Assembly: GCF_001194135.2 (NCBI RefSeq) | Contig: NC_068985.1 | Coordinates: forward strand, 37,160,433 to 37,204,984 | DNA length: 44,552 nucleotides | DNA from: Octopus bimaculoides | Taxonomy: Eukaryota | Reading direction: 5' to 3' | In this document: positions 36,491 through 44,552 of the stretch, in pieces | Numbering within the stretch: the first letter of the stretch is position 1 | Layout: each line of letters begins with the position of its first letter | Program-made: the position numbers and the translations under genes | The notes under the pieces: model-generated | What the model saw: only the letters and a program-made list of their open reading frames with translations | The model's database searches: none | Told to the model about the DNA's origin: nothing

Positions 36491-37861
36491 GGGCACTTGT
36501 CACCAAACTACTAGATAACATTCCTGCTGGCTAAAGTAACATGTAATAGCTTTATAATCATCATTTAAAGACCCCAAAATACAGTAAATAGAATGTAAGG
36601 GCTACAAACAGAAACAATTTCTGTAATAACATGTGCCTTTTTAAGGATTAAAATAGACGCATAAACAAATCCGCCAGAACTTATAAATTTGCCCAAAATT
36701 CAGAAATAATTAGCTTTTAGCACCACACACTCTTTCCGTGGAATAATTTTATTTTAATATACTGGAAAGTACACAACGAAAACAACACAAAGCCAGAAAT
36801 CTCGGTTCAGAAATCACGCAATAAAATTGAAACCATCGCCGCTGAAACGTAAGATGCTGAGGTAGGTTAACAATTAGATACTCAAAACACATCTGGGCAT
36901 CCCATCAACACAAGGTGGTGATGGTGGTGGAGTTAGTACTGTTTTTTCTTCAATAAATGTTTACAAAATTATTCTTTTTTGTGTCTTACGACTGTAAATG
37001 TTTAAGAATGCATATATTTTTTCCTTGTTTTCTTTTTCTTTTTAAATCTGTTCATTTTTTTTTTCTTTCTTGAAAATAATTTTGGGGGCGTGTTTGTTTT
37101 AGTTCTTGAAGCTATCACCGGCACCAATGTGGAGAGCACCTGCTTTTGATATATCTATGGCGGCCTTTTTGTAACGCTTGTAAATGTTGTAAATATTTGT
37201 CCAAGATATATAAACAGCTAAAAATGTCTAAAGATAAACTTCTGACGTAGATTTTTAAGGTAAAGCTTCAAACAATCAGAAAGAATTCTGAGAGTAAAAT
37301 GGAACAAAACATTTTTATACTAAGGCAATCCTGTTAAGAACCATTTTTTCACAGTAAACTGATACAAATATACATTGGCTTCAACATGCAGCTGCAGTTG
37401 CGACGATAATAATAATAAATACTTCAACTTATGGGTCAAGGTTGCTAATATTAGAGGGAGGGGTATAGACGATTGTATCATTTTCAAGACTTCAATGCTA
37501 TTTTATTTTATTGATCCCGAAAGGATAGAAAACAAAATTAAATTAACAGTGTTTACAGTGTTGTTTTCGTTGTGTATTTTTCAATATATTAAAATAAAAT
37601 TATTCCGCGGAAAGTGTGTGGTACCAAGAACTAATTATTTCTGAATTTTGGGCAAATTTATAAGTTATCACCTCCTTCCCCTTTGGGAGGAATTTGTATT
37701 CAGAATGTAAAGACGGACGAAATACCACTAAACGATTCTGCCAGCCAACCGCCCTAAGTTCCGGAAGAAGCATTGCAAACCATTTTGACTGACTCTCTAA
37801 CGATTCTTCAAGCACGTCACTTTAATAATAATAGGGGTGATAATTAATTATTTCTATGTGG

Positions 37862-38450
37862 CATTGGGATACTTTAGGACAAAGGTCACTGGTAGACTTT
37901 GTACTCGTCTCTGATCTATTAATTCTCTGCTGAACGTTCGTATAAAGAGAGGGGCAAAGCTATAAATTGGTTACCACCTTGTTATCAGCATCTTGAGGCT
38001 ATTAACAACAGGGAAAACTCACAACACTGGTAAGTCGAGTGCCACTTACAAGATGAAGAAGGAAGCCTTGGCGGATGATCAAGTCAGAAACAAATCTGAG
38101 GACACTATTATTCAGAGAAAACTAATGGCAAGTGTTTTTTTTTCCGGCAAATTCTTCTTCACCTGTAGAGTGCTGCGGACAATAGTGGCTTGGTGTGACG
38201 CTCGGTAATAAAAGAAACCCTACTTTAACTAGGATGTTAAAAATGCCATTAGAGAAAGAAAGGAAGCTTACAACGCATGGCTTGGAAGCATGTCTTCTCT
38301 TTGGTACAAGTGTTATACCGAGGCGCAAAAAGTTGCAGCAACGAAAGTAAAATGGTATAAGGCTATGTCATAGGAGGGCTTTGTGATTAAACTGGAATCT
38401 GACCTTAGATTAAGCAATAAAGTATTCTGGCAGGCCATCCGTTGAATTTG
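37862..38450 (+). mobile_element. RTE-clade LINE relic (end of AP endonuclease plus linker)
   Basis: Frameshifted segments: WDTLGQRSLVDFV; LNVRIKRGAKL*IGYHLVISILRL; ECCG..LGVTLGNKR; DVKNAIRERKEAYNAWL; KLESDLRLSNKVFWQAIR. Confidence 0.85.
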
Positions 38451-39912
38451 TAACCAGAAGCCCTCTTCCTCAATCCTAGGAATGTTTGATTTGTTCCCCA
38501 AGAATCTTCACCTTGAAACTTTTTTCAATGTGTGCTATATCACATGATATAGTGAACCTTTCGAAAACTTGCGTCATTTATTTCCGCCCTATCTGTTGCT
38601 TTGACTTTGTATTTTTGTATAGACCTCATTGATTCACTGTTCTTCTAAGCAACAAAGAAAGTGCAAAGGTATTTATTAACATCTTTATTGTTGTTGTTGT
38701 TGATGCTTTTGTTGTGCTTTACTTCCGTTCAGTGATGGGGGGGGGGGGATGACTACACCGGCGACCCTTTTAAGTTTTGTGAGACTCGGAAACTGCTGGG
38801 AGAAAAGGTGAAAGTTTTTTTTTCCGGAACCAGTGAGCTGTCTAGGATGCTTGCAACGCATTGCATCCGCTAAAGTCACCCTAGGCTCAAAAGATCGAGT
38901 TAGACCGGACGACGAATCAGTTTCACATCCTTTAGTTTTATTAATCGTTGTCCCTGCTTTTATTATTTTACTTTTTTTCTGTAGATTTTGTTCTAGTTCG
39001 TTTTAGACGCAAAAAATTAATCTTTGCCCCTGGTATGAAAAAAGAGAAAAATACCGACAAATACTAAAGGCGAAGTAGATGATATAGAAACGAGTGCGTG
39101 AAAAAAAACAAACTAAAAATAATATAATTCTCAACAATCTTTAATCGCCATAATTGTTCATAGTGACAGGGCTTAATGAGATAGGATAAGATTAATTGAA
39201 AGTTGTCAGATCAGATAAATGATAAATTTATTTCATGACAGCCAGAAAAGAGGTGTGTTTTCTTTTGACCGGTATCATTATGGTGTCTATACAGTGTTAC
39301 TTTACATTACATTAATAAAGTTAAATGTAATTCTATAATTCTATAAGCATACTGGTTTATTAAAATACAACCAGTGATCAAGGTAGCTTCTGTGTAGTCG
39401 TTTGACCTGCTAACTTAGTAGAGTATTGTTTTCCTAAATCATGCGAGGTGTTCATGATAGAAAAATATCACATCATAAGATTGGAGATAAACTAGGATTA
39501 GATGACAACAACTGCAAACAATGAGTAAAGATCTCCTGCCGGTGGAGAGTACCAGCATTATAAAATTGGATAGTGGCTATTTTATCGTGTAGAACGGAGT
39601 TCAAATCGTTCATGGAACTTGAAAAACGACGTCGCATTAGAGAACACTAATAGTATCGGGCTTTCCCGCTACTAGAAGAGGAATCTTGAATAATAACCAA
39701 CATATAATAGTATCTACGCAAAAGCCAAATTCAAGTTACATTTATCTCCCGAGTCTCTAATACGATGTTATTTTCTCTTTTGGCACTATTATGAACAAGG
39801 TTGTGTTACCTTATGAATTACCCCAAGACAAAGGTAGCAGTCAATACCATTACTAAAAGGAAAGAATGAAAGTTATATGATGTTACATGGGATCTATCTA
39901 TCTATCAGGTGT

Positions 39913-39990
39913 CGAAGTGATCGCAGAGCAACGTGAGATGAAGTGTTTTGCTTATGAACATAACACACAACCTGGTCGGGGAGTTGAAAG
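39913..39990 (-). mobile_element. Fragment of a third SINE-like repeat
   Basis: gaagtgatcgcagagcaacgtgagatgaagtgttttgct...acaac is recognised from memory as a recurrent octopus repeat motif. Confidence 0.5.
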
Positions 39991-41439
39991 TGAGTCAGAC
40001 GTATTTTTGTAAATTTGGCATGTTAAAATATCGTATACACTGCAATGAAAATATATACATAAAATTCTGTCATACTTCCTCTACACGCTGGCAATTTTTT
40101 AAAAGTAAAGCCTACATTACAAAAGTTACATATTGAATTTTATTAAGAAAAACGAAACGCTGGAAATATCCAAATTTTCATATATTATTCATAAGTGTCA
40201 AATTCTCAGGTAAAAACAGAAGATATAAAAATTATACACATTGAAAGTTGATGACTCTGTTGGTTTGAGTTGCTCTTTATAAGAAAAAATTTGGAAAATG
40301 CGCATGTAAAATGTCAAGAAGTGGATTTTATATTTCTTTTCAATGAAAGTCTAAAAGAAGTTTCTCTTTATGTTTCAATAAAAAGTTACGTATAAATAGC
40401 TCTAATTAAAGATTAAGTCAGATATTTTCTTTTGTACTAGATATCTGGGAAGGCATAGCTAACGCAAAGAAAATAAGCATGACATAAACTCAAATTAATC
40501 CTATGAAGTGTCTTTTTTAATACAGAATTTTGGCGTTTCTTTTCCTCTGAAGATATCAAAAAATTTTCTTTTATGCTAATTTTGTCTATTACTATCAAAT
40601 TATTACTGTTTGTGATTCAGCCACAACATTCTTCGATATCCACAAGCTAATGCAGAAGAAAATTCTTATTTTTTCTACCTTTCATATGAATTAGGTCTTC
40701 ACTTCCAGGAAACTGTTTATACTACAAGAAAGAGAGCATTTGAAAGGTCTGGAATTACACAAGTAGACATGAGAGAGTAAAATTCTTAGTTCTTTTAGAA
40801 AAGAAGAAAGGATTGCAGAAACTGTGAAGACTAAGCTTATCAGAATCACTCTTTAAAGAAAAATGAAAGACGTTGCTTTTGTATCTAATACATATGGAGG
40901 AAGATTCTGTTGACCAAGAAAATTACTAAGGACTGATTTCACATGTCTGTGATTCCGTCTGGTTTCTGAAAGTCATCTGAAGTGATTAATCAAGATTGGG
41001 GCTCAATATTGCTGCCCTAAACAGCTTCCTTCGTAGAATTGGCGAGAGATTTCATTCTGCGAGTATTTCCATGACTATGAAGCATGAAGGAGATGGAATC
41101 ATGTTATAGTGCATGTTTTAATATGCTGATGATAGCGAACTTATAACGTATGAGCAGTCTGTTAGGGCCTTGGAATGCATGAAACTGATAGGCATTTTTG
41201 GCATGTAATGATGGAAACAAGTTACATATGGGGTGTAAATAAAAAATATTACATTTATTTGCACGTTGCTCTTAATTCGTTTCGTTATTTAGTATCACCA
41301 TCTGAGCCTTCAGAGCCTTTGTTGGATTCGGTTACTCAGTTCAATCTCATCCCTTTGTCTCATGATTACCTTTAGCAGAGTCCATTTTGTTGGATGCATT
41401 TGGGCCAAGTCTATAGTTTGATAACAGCTTCCATATATT

Positions 41440-42090
41440 TTCAGTTTCACCGCACTTTTTGAAATTTTAAAATCAAGTGAAAAGTTTCTAATTTTGTGTA
41501 TTGATGTAATTTTTCACGCTGAATCTCAGGACCCAATTCACTTGTTCCAGATTTCTTTAAAAAAAGAGTCAAAGGTTTAAACTTTGATCATTTTTAGTCA
41601 ATCAGAAAACAGGATTTGGAAGCTGTCATTTTGTGCGTGACTGCAATCGTAAGACGTCAAAACAATGATGTCAACATTGCGACGATAGCACGTGTTTTAA
41701 GTATTTAATAAGCGAATTATGATTTAAAAAAACCCAGTAAGCAACACATATTTTGAACTTTAATGCATTCAGGTGCTTGGTATTGAAAATGTAATCTAAA
41801 ATATCCCAAAACAACCAAAAATGGGTAGAATATCAGTTTGTAAACACGTGTGGTGTTTCGTAAACAAGAGTTTTAACGCTTGGCTTGTTACTATGGAAAC
41901 AGGCACCTATGTCTGTGGCTTTCGATTGGCTAAAATTACTCAAAATTTGTAAAGTTTAAAAAGCTATTAACTGTTTATTTATTGATTTATGACAAAATAA
42001 ATTTCATGTCAATAATTAGCATACAAAACTACATCAGTACACCAAATTTGAAATCTAGTGTAACAAAACAGAAGAAATTGAAAAATGGCA
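41440..42090. mobile_element. Third, longer copy of the foldback MITE family
   Basis: Left arm: gatgtaatttttcacgctgaat and tagtcaatcagaaaacag. Right arm: gttactatggaaacaggcac...gattggctaaaatt...taattagcatacaaaacta...ccaaatttgaaa. Both are homologous to 30152-30720 and 31985-32190. Confidence 0.8.
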
Positions 42091-42514
42091 ACAAAACAGA
42101 AAAGGTCCCAACTCCCTTTCTTCTTACCACAAATCTCAGGGACTCTGTAAAGAATTATGGAGACAGCTTTCAAACATCATTAAACAACTTTTATAAAATC
42201 ACTCTGTTGTAAGCTTTGAGGTCAAGTTTCTGAGCTGAGGCTAATTCGGCAACTCCATGGGGCTGCTTAGTTCATTCTACAGCAATATTTGAATTATGTA
42301 TATAGTTTAGAAGGTATGGTTAAAAGTTGTGGGCAGTGCCCTTTTTTCCTCTGATTAAACTATAATATCAAGTTCTGTTATTTTATAAGGCGATAGAACA
42401 TCAACCTTCAACTTCGTGTGATTTGAACTCAAATCAGTTACAGTGATACAACAAGATTTAGATTCTATGGTGAATTCTGATTGGCAATCTCACTGTCTTG
42501 GCATTTTGTGTTTT

Positions 42515-43270
42515 TTTCATCGTTGGTGAGAAAAAAAATGAAATGGGAGGAAGAAAGAAGATGAAGCGTAAATGAAAGTAATAAGAATGACACAAAGATA
42601 AGACAATAACAAGCACAAAGTGAAAAAAGAAAGAGAATTAATGAATAAAGCCAGAAAGAACAGAGTCTGTACGAATAAATAAGGTAAGAAGAAGCAGACG
42701 ATAGAACGAAAGAATAGGATGAAAAAAATAAAACAAAAAAATAACATAAGATTGATGAAAGAGCGAAAGAATGATAAAAGAAACGGTATATGGGAAAAGA
42801 AAAAAATAATAATGAATGAAAGAAAAATTAAATGAAACGAATGATGAAAGAGAGAAAGAAAGTGGAAAGAAGAATAAATAAAAGTTGCCGAAGAAATGAA
42901 AAAGGAAAAAGAAAAATAATAAAGGAAAGAGAAAATGCAAATAATTGGATTTTTCTATAAACAACAATAGAAATAATAACAATAGTAATAATAACATCTA
43001 CAGTGTCAATAATAAGGACGATGTTGACAACAACAACAACAACGACAACAAAAGAAAAGAACAACTGCGGCAACAAAAGTAACAACAACAAACATAGCGA
43101 CAAAATAACGTCAGCTATAAAATGTACAATGTCGTTATGAACTAAAAAGAAATGCGAAATAACAGAATATTTGGTAAGAAAACCAACAGCAACAACAACA
43201 TACAAAATAAAATAAAGAGACACATCCACCAAGAACAACAAATAACACTAAAGGCGGCAACAGCATCACC
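42515..43270. repeat. Purine-rich and (AAC)-rich low-complexity tract
   Basis: Read directly. Confidence 0.85.
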
Positions 43271-43584
43271 CATTATAAACAATAGTGCATCTCGTGTGCA
43301 CGTCTTTCAGCAATGTGCATACACATGCACACACGCGTGCGCATACACGCGCATGCAAACACACATGATATATACACGTACAAAAACACCCGCACGAATA
43401 TAAAGACACATTCAACATTTACACGCGCATGGCATCTAGTCTGTGGTCGCAAAATATTTTATGACTGTTTATAACCGTCAAGTTACCGTTTAATTAGACT
43501 TCCGATGAAATGTCGTCTTTAACGAAATACCAGGAATTGTCGTCATAAGATGCAGAAAGTTATCATAAAATGTCACACATGTCA

Positions 43585-43603
43585 ACTACTGCTGCTGCTG
43601 CTG

Positions 43604-43669
<66 letters not shown>

Positions 43670-43777
43670 TCTGCTATAAGCAAAAAGCCAGAAATTTTGA
43701 GGATAGGGATCTAGTCGAGTACATCTATCCAAATGCAAGACTGGTACATATTTTATCAACTGATAATAATGATGATA

Positions 43778-43839
<62 letters not shown>

Positions 43840-43846
43840 AATAATA
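43585..43846. repeat. (GCT)/(ACT)n and (GAT)n microsatellites with an intervening family A SINE tail (about 43668-43765, minus)
   Basis: Read directly. The SINE tail is ctttctgctataagcaaaaagccagaaatttt...ctggtacatattttatcaac. Confidence 0.9.
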
Positions 43847-44404
43847 AATACCCTGATGCAGTACCAGGCAGTGGCTCTCATGGCTTCTGATCTTAATTGA
43901 TTGGAAGTGTTATCATGTATATTGTTTTGTCTTGGTATAAAAGATGGGCTACAGCAAATATTCTGCTCAGTACCACAGATTTGGTTGTCAGTTGTTTGAC
44001 CTTAACCAGTTGAGCACGTTCCTTAGTGGCTGACGATATGTGCTTCGTTGATCATGAGCAGAAGTAGTGGGGGAGCATCATAGCCATGTGTTGAGAGGAA
44101 TTCTTTGGGGTTTGGATCATTCACCTTTGTAAACATCGGTGCTTCATTCAACATCCTTAAACAACCCTTATTCAGGGATCTTTTGAGCGGGATGGGCCAC
44201 TCAACCTTAAGAAAGTTCTAACTGGACTCCACCTGCAAAGTCATGCGCTGTTTATCTCGATATAAGATCACCATGTCGGGCATATATAGTTGTGATGCAT
44301 GTGCCTGGTGTTCCCTTACCAGATGGGTAGTTATGATGAATATATTGGGCTTCGTATATTTGCAGCCCAGTGTCACTTTGATGGTATGCGCTGCTCTCTC
44401 ACTC
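43846..44404 (-). mobile_element. About 560-bp non-coding interspersed element flanked by trinucleotide microsatellites
   Basis: On the minus strand it reads (ATT)n - gagtgagagagcagcgcataccatcaaagtgacactggg...gcctggtactgcatcagggtat - ttattatt(ATC)n. It has no credible ORF and is recognised from memory as an abundant octopus repeat. Confidence 0.7.
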
Positions 44405-44456
<52 letters not shown>

Positions 44457-44457
44457 G
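44405..44457. repeat. (AAT)n microsatellite
   Basis: Read directly. Confidence 0.97.
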
Positions 44458-44552
44458 TAAGGACAAAAAAAAACCTGGACTTGCCCCATGATAAAAACTG
44501 GTGGGAACACAAACCACCCCCAGTACTTGAAAATGATCACATTGCACTCTTC

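Noticed and set aside
37099-37217. Possible minus-strand terminal exon (tttttag|..VYISWTNIYNIYKRYKKAAIDISKAGALHIGAGDSFKN*)
   Set aside because: It is short, has no recognisable domain and has no partner exons. It would need RNA-seq or TBLASTN support.
38845-38868. Small hairpin GGATGC...GCATCC
   Set aside because: It is a 6-bp stem with no terminator, ribozyme or repeat context.
39593-39650. Possible plus-strand terminal exon (gtgtag|..TEFKSFMELEKRRRIREH*)
   Set aside because: It is too short to distinguish from chance and the acceptor is weak.

Overview
This is eukaryotic, AT-rich, repeat-saturated genomic DNA with about 14 assembly gaps. The SINE families and microsatellite load point to an octopus genome (inference from recognised repeat types, not from a search). 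No host protein-coding gene or RNA gene can be supported. Most ORFs in the supplied track are microsatellite or N-gap artefacts. Coding remnants all derive from transposons: two DD34D mariners (3.7-5.0 kb, decayed; 20.8-21.6 kb, largely open), an internally deleted DD37D/maT element carrying a nested MITE (8.9-9.9 kb), LINE fragments (CR1/L2-group, R4/Dong-like, RTE-like) and a probable ORF1-like relic. There are also more than 25 fragments of two tRNA-derived SINE families and a foldback MITE family. The most interesting signal is a set of five Penelope-type minimal hammerhead-ribozyme-like motifs at four loci. They show three different states of the 3-8 core pair (C-G, U-A, G-C), and three of the loci sit inside inverted-repeat (foldback) structures. 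The best example, at 12,280-12,494, is an intact-looking G3-C8 variant hammerhead in the loop of a 65-bp inverted repeat. All folding and alignment was done by eye.
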